A stretch of DNA of 20,000 bases from Neolecta irregularis DAH-3 (taxonomy: Eukaryota), in the NCBI GenBank assembly GCA_001929475.1, contig LXFE01004217.1, forward strand, positions 49,048-69,047. Reading direction: 5' to 3'. The first letter of the stretch is position 1; the number at the start of each line of letters is the position of its first letter. Position numbers and translations under genes: made by a program. A model generated the notes under the pieces. It was not told where the DNA came from and ran no database searches. It was given only the letters and a program-made list of their open reading frames with translations. Below are positions 1 through 11,798 of the stretch, one piece after another.

Positions 1-1249
1 TCCTTCCTCCTCCGGAAGACTAATCTTGTTCGCAAGATCACTACCCATTAACTTGTCTTCCCAGCCGTTTTATACCGTATGTTGATTCTCTGGTGAATCC
101 TACAATATGCTTCCGAGATTAAGAATCTGCAATTGACAATAAAAGGTTCAGCAAGCGCTACCAGAAAAAAATCATTCGAAAGCACAAATTTAGCTTCTCC
201 CAACAAAAACTGTGCCTGCTCAAAGTCGAAGCGGATATACAAAGCATGCATAAATTCCGTTACCGGATCCGAATATTCGTATCGTTCTTGATCGATGATT
301 TTAGCTACTTCTTTTATTCTTTTGTTATTTTGAATTGTATTTTTGCCTTGTTTTCGTGAGACGATTACTGAGACTACGAGGTAGCGTAGGAGCCATGGAC
401 AGGCTGTTTGTATTGTATTCAAGTATGCTGGTTGGAAAAATACTTCGCAGAGGGCTTCGCGGCCTGATTCGTGGTTGAAAAAGGGGAATAACGACCAATG
501 CAGAATCCACGTTCGATGATGAAGTTGAGCTACTGGAGACGAGAATGTCTAATTTTAGTATGCGAGGAAATTCAGATGTACCTTAGAATCAAGGATTTCA
601 CGCAATTTGACGAGTTCTTCAAGCGTCTCATCCCAATTCGTTTGCAATATCTCTGAAGCAAAGACTCCCCATGTAGCTGAAGTCACGAGATCCGAATCAG
701 TAGACTTGAATTAGATGTAATATGAAAAGGAGATACAAGTATTCGAAAATGGTAGAGTAAATCAGCTGCTCTGGTATAATCTCCACAGTCATACTGGAAT
801 CGACCAGATTGGTATAATACATTAATCATATCGACAGTAATCTGTCTGGTGTTAGTATAAACCAGATTTCGGGGTACATCATGTTTTTCACGCAAGTATT
901 GGAGGTTTTGTGCTTTATCTTGGCGCAAGGCAGCTTTAACTTCGGGATCTTCCAATACACGCAAGACTTTCTCGCCTTCTTGTTCAAATCGACTCATTTG
1001 GTCTAAAACAAGTTGTCGTTTCTCCGCGTATTCAGAGGGAATATCATCGTCAGATGCGTCGGGATGGAGTTGTTTCCATAGAGTTGAAACGTAGTCTGTC
1101 ATATTGGTAGGTGCCAACAAAGCGAATTTGGCCTGTAGCATTTCGTGGTCAGTGTAGATTCCATTGACTTGGAGAAACTCGAGTAGTGGAAAGACGAGAT
1201 GGCGGTCTAGAAAGGGTGTGATTTTCGGAGTAAGATCGTGGGCGGGCAT
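1..1249 (-). CDS. INT6: Translation initiation factor 3 subunit e (eIF3e/Int6); 3' end runs off the window
   Basis: Motifs FLDRHLVFPLLEFL, RTWILHWSLFPFFN, YLNTIQTACPWLLRY and PCI region FLISEAYCRIHQRI. Frames are joined by inferred GT-AG introns 877-842, 736-705, 581-549 and 75-41. Confidence 0.95.
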
Positions 1250-1320
1250 GGTTAAGAATTTGAGACTTGAATTTTTACGTGTGGTAGACCCACTCCCATA
1301 CTACTTTTCACATCCATTCA

Positions 1321-1636
1321 ATGTCGGCGCTACCGTTTTATGTGTCGCGGACGCGGTCACAGCGGCTGCCTGTGTATACGGATATAAAATGCGGAGGCAG
1401 TAAGCGGCTGCTGCTGGTTCGCCGAGTCACTGGAAATGCTTCAGTATTTATTTCTATCTTATTGCACCGCTGTTTTACTGATCCTGCAGGTGCTCGCATC
1501 CCGCATCGCGGTCTATCTGCGCATCCCACGCGAGGACGTTGCGGTTAATTCGCTCACCAATCACATTGTCATCAAACAGTCATCCGCCGTGTCAATGCTG
1601 CAGCTGCGCACTTTTCTCAAAGACCTGGGGTTCTAG
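1321..1636 (+). CDS. IMG2: Mitochondrial ribosomal protein mL49 (Img2 family)
   Basis: LPFYVSRTRSQRLPVYTDIKCGGSKRLLLVRRVTGN...VAVNSLTNHIVIK...LRTFLKDLGF matches the L49/Img2 pattern. Intron 1444-1489 (GTATTT...tactgat...CAG). Confidence 0.85.
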
Positions 1637-1741
1637 CTTTATCTGCTGTAGATATATATATTGAACACATCTGCCCTTTTCTCAAAGACCTGGGTTCTAG
1701 TTTATCTGCTGTACATATATATATATATATTGAACATATCT
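1611..1741 (+). repeat. Imperfect tandem duplication of ~62-66 bp (1611-1672 and 1676-1741) with (AT)n microsatellite
   Basis: CTTTTCTCAAAGACCTGGG(G)TTCTAG(C)TTTATCTGCTGTA-(AT)n-TGAACA(C/T)ATCT occurs twice. Confidence 0.95.
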
Positions 1742-4421
1742 ACACTGCGTCCATGTCCGCCTCCTCCTCGCAGTCCTCTTCAGCCCGCCGCGGCACCAAA
1801 GTCTCGCCCACAACCATACCCAGCGCCTCCAGGAGCACCGTGTCTTCTGCCGGCCCCGTCAGCACAGCCAAGTACATTTGCGTCGACAGCCCGCCCCGCA
1901 GCTGCAACGGCTCGTCTGTCCCGCGAGAAACAACAGTCTTGCTTACTAGCCCATGAATCACCTTGGAGATCCGGTTGAGGGCAGAGCGCTGGCCATCATC
2001 CACACCACCAGGAATAAACGACGCCCGTGACAGACTGTTGCCCTGTACTAACTGTAGCAACCGCCGAATCAGACTGTCAGTATTGAGCCATAACTCTGCA
2101 AGTCCGCTTTCCGGCGGCAGCAACTGCACCAGCACATCCAACGCAAGTGCTGCCAGCCCAACGAGAGGGAGCTGCTCCTCCCATATCGCCCGGATAGGCA
2201 TAGAAGGAGACTCCAGCAACGGCGATACTGCCATTGAAAACAGCCTGGTGTGCTGCAGCGGATTACTCGATAGAATCAAGGCCAGAATCTGCCGGTTCGG
2301 TACGTCTCGTGCAAGCAGTCTCGCCAGCACTTCGATCGCCGGGGGCAAATACGGATTGAATTCAGGAAAGTATTCAGGATAATGCAAATCTTCCAACGTA
2401 ATCGGTCTCGGCGAGCAAGGCGCAAAAATTAATATTAGGTCCAGGTAGGCTGCCAATGACTCCTTGTCATTCATTTTCATAGCATGCGAAATGTTTGCGA
2501 GAAACACAAGCGAATCCTTGGAAATTTCCAAGGCTATCTGAGATTTCCCAATGTAAAACTCGAGACTCGATGAACGTAAATAGTCGACCAGTTTTACAAA
2601 TATCCGCAGCGTTCTTGAACTCGTGGCAAGTATTTCCATATTGAAAGCAAAAAATGAAAGATTGCGCATTATCGTAGTAAGGGCCTCAAGCCGATCAAGA
2701 GCAACCCTCCTCCGAGTCTCTTTCAAAGTCTGAGCAGGCGGCGACAAATCCAGAATCTCTTGAGCTGCCATATCGAGAAAATCTTCATAATCGTAAGGTA
2801 TCCCGGATTCCGTCGTTGCTAATACAAAAGAAGCCAGAATTTCCATTTCAGACTCTATCACATCCAACAGTGCATCCAAAAGATCTCGGCATTCACTCAA
2901 AGGTATCGAACATCTTGGATCGCCCATGATTACCGACAACGAATCAATAGCTACACTAACTTCACCAAGCAGCCCGGATTGCAGACTCATCGTGAGCGCT
3001 TGAACATTGATACTCGCCAGCTCCATAATTCCATAAGGATGGTCTCGAACTCGTTCAAGCTCTGATGATAGACGAGCCATGGTTTCAATATCCAGGCCCC
3101 CATATGTCTGAGGAACATGTTTACGAGGTTTGTATTCTTTCGGAGGAGCAGGCTCATCCGGTTCATTCTCTAGTTTCTTTACTGATTCTAGTTCAACCGG
3201 GATTGATTGTGACGGGCTTCTGGAACCAGAGACTCCAGAACTTGGCGGCGGCGGCGATACAGGTTCTACTTTCATGGATTTTGGGTGGGCGTGATCGGAA
3301 GCAGTGGTAGGTTTTGGAGGTTGAGAGTCTCTGGGTGACCCGGCTGTTTGAATATTGGGTGATAGTGCACCCTGACTAGTGGACGTTGATTGTTGCAATC
3401 GATTTTGAGGAATAGATTGCATCTTGACTGCGTGTTGCCGCTGCATCATATGCTCTTCAAAAGGTCCGAGGTAGGTACTGAAGTAGGTCGAAAGAATCTC
3501 TCCATCAGACTCGGTGAAACCCATCTTTTGAGCGAATGTTGGCCATAAATTCTGAGCCGTTACGGACTTTGACCCTCCACTTCTTGAGACGGCAATAAAT
3601 AACTGGGGCAGATTGACGGCCTTGTTCCCTATAGAAGGCATATTGGTGATCGGAGTGCCTCGTTTGCTCATAAACTCCATCAGAGATCGCATGAAAGCAG
3701 CGTAGTCGTTTTTTGGGTTATGAATAGGCGGCGGCCTAGAATGCTGCATGGGCTGCTGTGGCTGTACATTGGAAATCTGCGGACGACTCATGTGTGGAGA
3801 ATGGTTGGTCTGCTGGGCGGTCAATTGATTGGGTGGCCTTGTGATCGAGTGAGGATGGTTTTGCGGTGACCGGGTGGCAGCTAGCCCCATACTGCTTCTA
3901 GGAAGGGCCATCGCCTGACCGGGAGGACTTTGTGAAGGTCGGCCTGAGTTGTGATTTGACTGAAACGGCGAATTCACGCGCCCCTGAGAGGGAAGATTTT
4001 GATATGCAGCGGCAGGGTTATAATGATGGAACTGAGGATTTATAAATTGTTGCTGGGGAGTTTGAATGGGAGCGCTGCTAATAGTTTGTGATTGCTGCTG
4101 CTGGGATGCCAGTTGTTGCACGTTTATGCTATTTAGCGTCAGTATCTTCCAGCGAATTTCTGTGCCGAATCCTTCGTCCACCATATCTAAACCAGTGTAT
4201 TTGTGTATAATGTCTTCTAGCCTGAAGATCATCCACTAAGGAAAGATATTCAACAGGATACGAAGGATGAACAAACGAAAGACGTACCCCTGAGGCGCGT
4301 AGTTTTGATCAAAGGTCTGAAATGGCATATTCCCCGGTTGCTGCTGTTGTTGGTTGACATCACGCTGGCGCTTGTACTGATTATAACCAGAATACATGTT
4401 GAGATAATCCTGTTGATCCAT
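1740..4421 (-). CDS. SWI1: SWI/SNF ARID-domain subunit (Swi1/Sol1/ARID1-like)
   Basis: Q/P-rich N-terminus, ARID domain (FMRSLMEFMSKRGTP...VNLPQLFIAVSRSGGSKSV...W...YLGPFE) and BAF250_C-like segment (ALTMSLQSGLLGEVSVAIDSL). First exon MDQQDYLN...APQG (4421-4288) is joined in frame by a 159-nt intron 4287-4129; the 5' structure is less certain. Confidence 0.88.
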
Positions 4422-4497
4422 TTGTATTAATTGTGGGTGGAGGAGGGTTGAAATTACAGCTATTGCACCCCAAAAATTGAATTTTGCCTTTACCACA

Positions 4498-5872
4498 ATG
4501 TCGACTTCGATAATTTCTGCCCAGGATCCGCTGAAAAGCATTCAAGCAGAAGATCAAGAGGATCTTTACTCAAAACTCAAGCGACTACAAAAACATCTCG
4601 AATTCATCAACCGTAAGCTAATATTTCCCACGCTTACGCAATATGTTGCCAACATTCTATAGTTCAAGAAGAATACATCAAAGACGAACAGCGCAATCTG
4701 AAGCGCGAACTTGTCCGGGCTCAGGAAGAAGTTAAGCGAATCCAGTCCGTACCACTCGTGATAGGCCAATTCCTCGAACCGATAGACCAACATACCGGCA
4801 TAGTTGCTTCCACCACTGGTTCAAATTACGTAGTCCGAATCCTGTCCACTCTTGACAGAGAACTCCTTAAACCATCGTCTTCTGTTGCTCTTCATAGACA
4901 TTCAAATGCTCTTGTCGACATCTTGCCTCCCGAGGCCGATTCTTCAATTGCCATGCTCGGAGCGGAGGAAAAACCCGATGTTTCTTATCAGGATGTAGGT
5001 GGTCTCGATATGCAGAAACAAGAAATCAGAGAAGCGGTCGAACTCCCATTGACACATGCAGAATTGTATCGATCAATTGGTATAATGTATATTACTACCA
5101 GAACTAATATATCTAGGTATCGATCCTCCACGAGGTGTGCTATTGTATGGTCCACCTGGTACTGGGAAGACTATGCTAGTAAAGGCTGTTGCCAACAGCA
5201 CCACTGCATCATTCATTCGTGTCGTTGGCTCTGAATTTGTTCAAAAATATCTAGGTGAAGGTCCTCGTATGGTGAGAGATGTCTTCAGATTAGCCCGTGA
5301 AAATTCTCCTGCAATCATATTCATTGATGAAATTGACGCGATTGCAACCAAACGATTCGATGCACAGACGGGTGCTGACAGAGAGGTGCAACGCATCTTG
5401 CTCGAACTACTCAACCAAATGGATGGTTTTGATCAAACTTCAAATGTCAAAGTATTGTTTTCATTCACATCTTCATTTATTAATCGAAAAGGTGATTATG
5501 GCCACGAATCGAGCTGATACACTGGATCCGGCTCTTCTTCGTCCTGGCCGGTTGGATCGAAAAATTGAATTTCCCTCGCTTCGAGATAGACGTCAGCGAC
5601 GGTTGATCTTTTCAACGATTGCAGGGAAAATGTCTCTTTCGCCAGAAGTCGACCTGGATACATTTATCCTTCGTCCAGATGCCGCATCTGGCGCAATGAT
5701 TGCTGCTATTATGCAGGAAGCAGGACTTCAAGCAGTGCGGAAGAATCGATATGTCATCATTCAGGCAGATGTTGAGGACGCCTATAGAACTGTCGTCAAG
5801 CCTGACACTTCTGTGTTTGATTTCTGTATGGTTCCATCCTTGGTTTCATTACTTACCTTTCAAGACAAGTAA
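4498..5872 (+). CDS. RPT3: 26S proteasome AAA ATPase subunit Rpt3 (regulatory subunit 6B)
   Basis: Walker A GPPGTGKT, Walker [26 protein letters not shown], spliced C-terminus FDFYK. Introns 4613-4662, 5080-5116, 5452-5491, 5826-5864. Confidence 0.97.
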
Positions 5873-5992
5873 TCTGGACAAAAGCAAAAGCAAGGTTTAT
5901 TGAGGGTATTCATTTGGGTATTCAATAAAGCATTATAGGATACAAATGACAACAATTCACTCTACCAGTTCAAATTGAAACGTTGTATTTGA

Positions 5993-7596
5993 TTAGCTGC
6001 CCACCTCCACCTTTGGTTTTTTAACCTTTTTGTCCTTTTTCGACTTTTTGGGTTTCTCCTCCTCCTCATCAGCTATTGATTTCCTCTTTCTCTTTTTCTC
6101 CTTTTTAGAGGATTTAACATCCACTTCTTCATCAGAGTCCTTCGTTTCAATATCAGTCCGAGCGTTGGATGCAATTCCCCCTACTGATACAGAAGCAAGA
6201 ACAAAGTCCATAGCTTCTCTCATAGCGTCCGCATTTTTCGTGGGTGGAACACCACTCTCATAGAATGAAAGACGTTCTTCGACTTGTTTTCGAAGAACTT
6301 CGCCAAACTTTGTTGTAGGTGTATCTGTGAAATTATCGATTCTGCTGGCAATTGAGCATTTGTTGGCGAGAAACCTTGAAATGCGTCCTTTATTCTTCAG
6401 TCCTGCTCTCCCGATAAACGATGAATGATAAATAAGCCCATATTTGGGAGTATTTCCCTTTGTTTTCAAGGCTCTATCAGATTAAGGCATGATCAAAGAT
6501 GATATTTACCGGAAAAGTGCCTTTTCTGCTCCAAGAATCTGCAATGTGGAAGCAGGATATTTAGCAAGATTGGTCAGGCTTCCTGCATGTGAGATAAGAC
6601 GGGCACCGACGACCTCTCCAATCAACTCGGCGAGATTCGGGGCGACGACGCTCATTTTGTCGATGAGGTATATATGAAGACGTTTGCGATGGTCTGCGAG
6701 ACTAACTACCCGGTCGGCAAAAGTGACAATGTTTTGGAGATCGACGTCGGATATGTCTTGTCCCATGCTAATCTTTGCAGCGTCGATTATACTCTGGGCG
6801 ATAGCAGAGTCGTCTCCGACCAGGGCAGTGATATCGTGCAAGTTTTCATCAGTCAGATTGGATTTGTTTTGAATCAAACGGGTTAAACGCGCGTATTGTT
6901 GGCTGTCAGCGACGAGCCTGGAGAGTTCCGGAAAATGCCAAGAATACCATTCTCTGTCGGTCAATAGACGAATAAATTATAAAACTCGCCTCATCCTCAT
7001 AGAAAATGTATTGATATCTTTGTCAAGCTGATCTAACAATGCGATGGCTTGAATGATCATATTATCGCTTCTGTTGACGTTGAACTTCACTTTTGCTCGA
7101 GAATATGAATGCCCGAGGCCCAGCTGAGCTTGAGCAAGGTCTCCGGGTTGAAGTTGCTTCAGCAGCTTTTCTCCGTGCAGGCGGACGCCTCGAAGTAGAT
7201 CTTGGACAACCTCTGAAGTTTGGCATTCGATAAAAGGGAATTCAGCCTTGATAGCACAAGCAAGATTCTTGTCTGAAAGACCAAGGGCCGACTTGCTTTT
7301 CTTTTTACCTTTTGGCACATTCATCTCGAGGAACGCCTTTAGATGGTCGTTGACAATGCCTGTCATTTAGAACTGGCATGAAACAAGGGCCTGATGCCTT
7401 CCGAGATGTCGTTTGCATTTTCCAGCGCATGAGCGGCGCTCTGGAAGGGCGCAAAACTCGTGAGTTTGACGATGCGGCCAAACTTTGCGAGATCTGCAGC
7501 GGCCGCTTGGACTTCTTTCAGCCGCGATCCAATTTCCTCCGTCTGCAGCACATCGAACAAGCAATAGCCAGAGGCCGTTTCGTGCAGGAGTTGCAT
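5993..7596 (-). CDS. NOP56: Box C/D snoRNP protein Nop56
   Basis: [36 protein letters not shown], Nop domain [18 protein letters not shown]-rich tail. Introns 7397-7360 (GC-AG), 6989-6954 (GC-AG), 6509-6474. Confidence 0.97.
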
Positions 7597-7610
7597 GGGG
7601 AGGTGGGAAC

Positions 7611-7620
7611 TGAAATTTTT
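7611..7620. promoter_or_regulatory. RRPE-like element TGAAATTTTT upstream of NOP56
   Basis: Matches the ribosome-biogenesis promoter motif TGAAAWTTTT, 14 nt from the ATG of a ribosome-biogenesis gene. Confidence 0.45.
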
Positions 7621-7683
7621 CTCGGGATCAGGGTCACGTTTAGAGGCAACGCTTTTGACTCCGCCATTCTCTGAAGCAACATA

Positions 7684-9604
7684 ATGGCACTCTCGCTACT
7701 AAATGCAAAATCAGAATCATTGAGGCGGGATCAGGCGCTGCAGGTCAATATTGCAGCGGCATGTGGCCTCCAGAGCGTTCTTCGCAGCAATTTGGGCCCT
7801 TCAGGTATATTTCTACCCGCAACTACTGCTGATTGCATTACAGGAACCCTCAAAATGCAAGTGCGCCCGCCACTGCCGTATTGCTGATGTGTTTTCAGGC
7901 TTGTTGATGGTGCGGGTGCCATAAAACTGACCAAGGATGGAAAAGTACTGCTGGCTGAAATGGTGCGTCGCTGGCCACTGGCTTCCTTGCTGCTGCTGAT
8001 TGTGTTTTCACAGCAAATCACCAATCCAACGGCCCTCATGATTGCCAAGGCTGCCACCGCACAGGACGAGGTCGCAGGCGATGGCACTACCTCAGTCTGT
8101 CTTCTGGTTGGAGAGCTCCTCAGGCAAGCAGAGCGATATATTTCTGAAGGTCTGCATCCTCGTGTCGTCGTAGAAGGCTTTGACTTGGCCAAGAAAGAAG
8201 CACTCGATGTGAGCCGTTAAACTGTTGGTTCTGCTAATGCAAAGTTTCTTGACAAATTCAAAGTCGAAAAAGAAATAGATAGGGAATTACTCCTACAAGT
8301 TGCTCGCACGTCACTTTCAACAAAGATCAACAGTCGTCTCGCAGGGTCCTTAACTGCGGGCATTGTGGATGCCGTTTTGGCAGTACATGAGCCTCCTAAG
8401 CCCATTGATCTTCATATGGTTGAAATTATGAAGATGCAACACCGTGATGCAGCAGAGACACGTCTGATCAAAGGTCTATGCCTTGATCACGGTGCACGTC
8501 ACCCGGACATGCCAAAAAGAGTAGAGAATGCGTATATCCTCACTCTGAATGTATCGCTTGAATACGAAAAGAGTGAAGTCAATTCAGGCATCTACTATAG
8601 TACTGCTGGGCAGCGCGAGAAGCTCATTGAAAGCGAAAGACGTTTTGTTGATGACAAGCTCCGAAAAATTGTGGAATTAAAAAAACACGTTTGCGGAAAT
8701 GATTTAAAGAAAAATTTTGTGGTCATCAACCAGAAAGGTATCGACCCGTTGTCCTTGGATGTACTTCAGAAAAATGGAATCCTTGCCCTTCGACGAGCAA
8801 AGCGTAGAAATATGGAAAGGTATGACGAAATTAATCTCGTGAGCTTATGTTACAGACTTCAGCTAGTGTGCGGAGGTGTTGCTCAAAACAGTGTCGATGA
8901 CCTCACACCTGAGGTGCTCGGGTGGGCGGGGTTGGTTTACGAACAGACTCTTGGAGAAGAAAAGTACACTTTTGTTGAAGAAGTGAAGGATCCCAAATCA
9001 GTTACACTCTTAATCAAAGGTGCGACTCGAGATCCTAATTTTGCTGAAACGCAGGTCCTAACGCCCATACCATTACTCAGATACAAGAGGCGGTTCGTGA
9101 TGGTTGTTTCAGCTCCTTCCTTATTTACTGAGTCTTAGGTCTCCGTGCTGTTAAGAACGCTATTGAAGATAAATGCGTTGTTCCGGGGGCTGGAGCTTTT
9201 GAAATCGCATGTGCGGCTCACCTTTCCGGTGACTTCAAACGCAAGACCGCTAAAGGGCGAGCTAAGATGGGCGTCCAAGCGTTTGCCGATGCCCTTCTCA
9301 TTTTGCCCAAAACACTGGCTGCAAATGCTGGATTTGACACGCAGGAAGTCATTGTGGCTCTCCAGGACGAATGTGCCTCGGCTCACGTTGCGGGAGTCGA
9401 CCTTCGGACCGGAGAACCTATGGACCCAGCCGTTGAAGGCATTTGGGACAACTATCGTGTGAAACGTCATGCTCTGCACAGTTGCAGTGTTATTGCCTCC
9501 AATCTGTTGAGCGTAGACGAGATTATGAGGTTTGTGCCATACTTGTGGCCACTACTGACTGGTTCAGAGCAGGGCGTTCAAGTCTCAAAGAAGGAGGCCA
9601 CTAG
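7684..9604 (+). CDS. CCT6: Chaperonin CCT/TRiC zeta subunit
   Basis: [38 protein letters not shown]-terminal RAGRSSLK. Eight introns: 7805-7843, 7857-7898 (GC-AG), 7963-8013, 8209-8244, 8820-8855, 9020-9054, 9103-9138, 9530-9567. Confidence 0.97.
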
Positions 9605-9820
9605 TCGTAGATTTAGACTTATATACAATTTTAAACCTCGGTCGCCTAGTACATCTTTTTCTTGCACTGGACATTTTCATGTTAGACCGTGCTCGGCCTG
9701 CGACGGGTTTCACAACACCGCAACTCCATAAAAGACAGATATCGCTCCTTACGTTCCTTTCTCAAAATTTTGCCTACTTTCCTTCGGATCAATCGATCCA
9801 GTGTCACTACCATTCGCGAT

Positions 9821-10633
9821 ATGTCTCATCCTATTAAAGTCGTTGTTCTAGGTGAGGGTGCCGTTGGTAAATCCGCTGTGACGATGAGTTTAATACGTTC
9901 GCGTTTTGTGACTGAATAGTACTCCAATGTCATGGCCGATGCTGATACAGCAGTGATCCTACAATTGAGGACTCCTACTCAACATCCCGAACCATTGAAG
10001 GTGTAGAATACAGATTAGACATCCTTGATACCGCGGGGCAGTATGAATACCGAGGTTCTAACTGACTTTTGACTGACTAACTAACAAGAAAGGTCTTTTT
10101 GCGGCACAACATCTGACCTCTGCAGACGCCTTTCTTTTGGTATATGGTACGATTTCGCTTCATTTCTTTATATCTGAGAGACAGACATAACCTCACCTGA
10201 TAGTCTCCTTGCTCTTGAAGAGTTCAACGATATGATCTGCGCCTCAAGTGAGGCAGAAGCCGAAGCCCGCGGCGACCAGTTCTTACACCCTGTTCGAATC
10301 GTTGTTGGTAACAAATGCGATTTGGCAAGTGAGCGGAAAATAGTCAGTGGGGATGGTCTGAGTTGGGCCAGAGGGAAAGGCTGTTATTTCATGGAGACAT
10401 CGGCGAAGCTCCGCGTATAATGCTCATGAAAAAAACAAAAGTTTGACAGCAAGGTCAACATTGAAGAAACGTTTGCTCTTCTCGTTCGAAGAGTCGTCGA
10501 ACAACGCCAAATACAAGGGAACCCGATAAGAGGGCCAGTCAGTTCTTCATCAATAGCTCACAAAGAGCACCAGTCGCTTCCAAAGATTCCATATATTGAA
10601 TCAAAACGTCGAAGATTTTTATGCTTTTGCTAA
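9821..10633 (+). CDS. Ras-family small GTPase with C-terminal CFC
   Basis: G1 GEGAVGKS, effector YDPTIEDSY, G3 DTAGQ, G4 NKCD, G5 ETSAK. Introns 9919-9953, 10055-10092, 10147-10184, 10415-10453; ends KRRRFLCFC*. Confidence 0.9.
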
Positions 10634-10671
10634 TCTTTATTTTCTCGGAGTCTCTATTTTTTGCGGGTTTA

Positions 10672-11706
<1,035 letters not shown>

Positions 11707-11798
11707 CAAAGTCCGAATGCAGTCAAAAATAGCTATGTAGACCGATTGGGACTCGATAACAAGACCACGCCACGAACCAACCAGAAGGCAAAAATAGC

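Noticed and set aside
1661-2382. Plus-strand ORFs antisense to SWI1, and similar shadow ORFs elsewhere
   Set aside because: No recognisable domains; expected opposite GC-rich coding sequence.
5993-7596. Intronic snoRNAs in NOP56
   Set aside because: Introns are 36-38 nt, too short to host a snoRNA.
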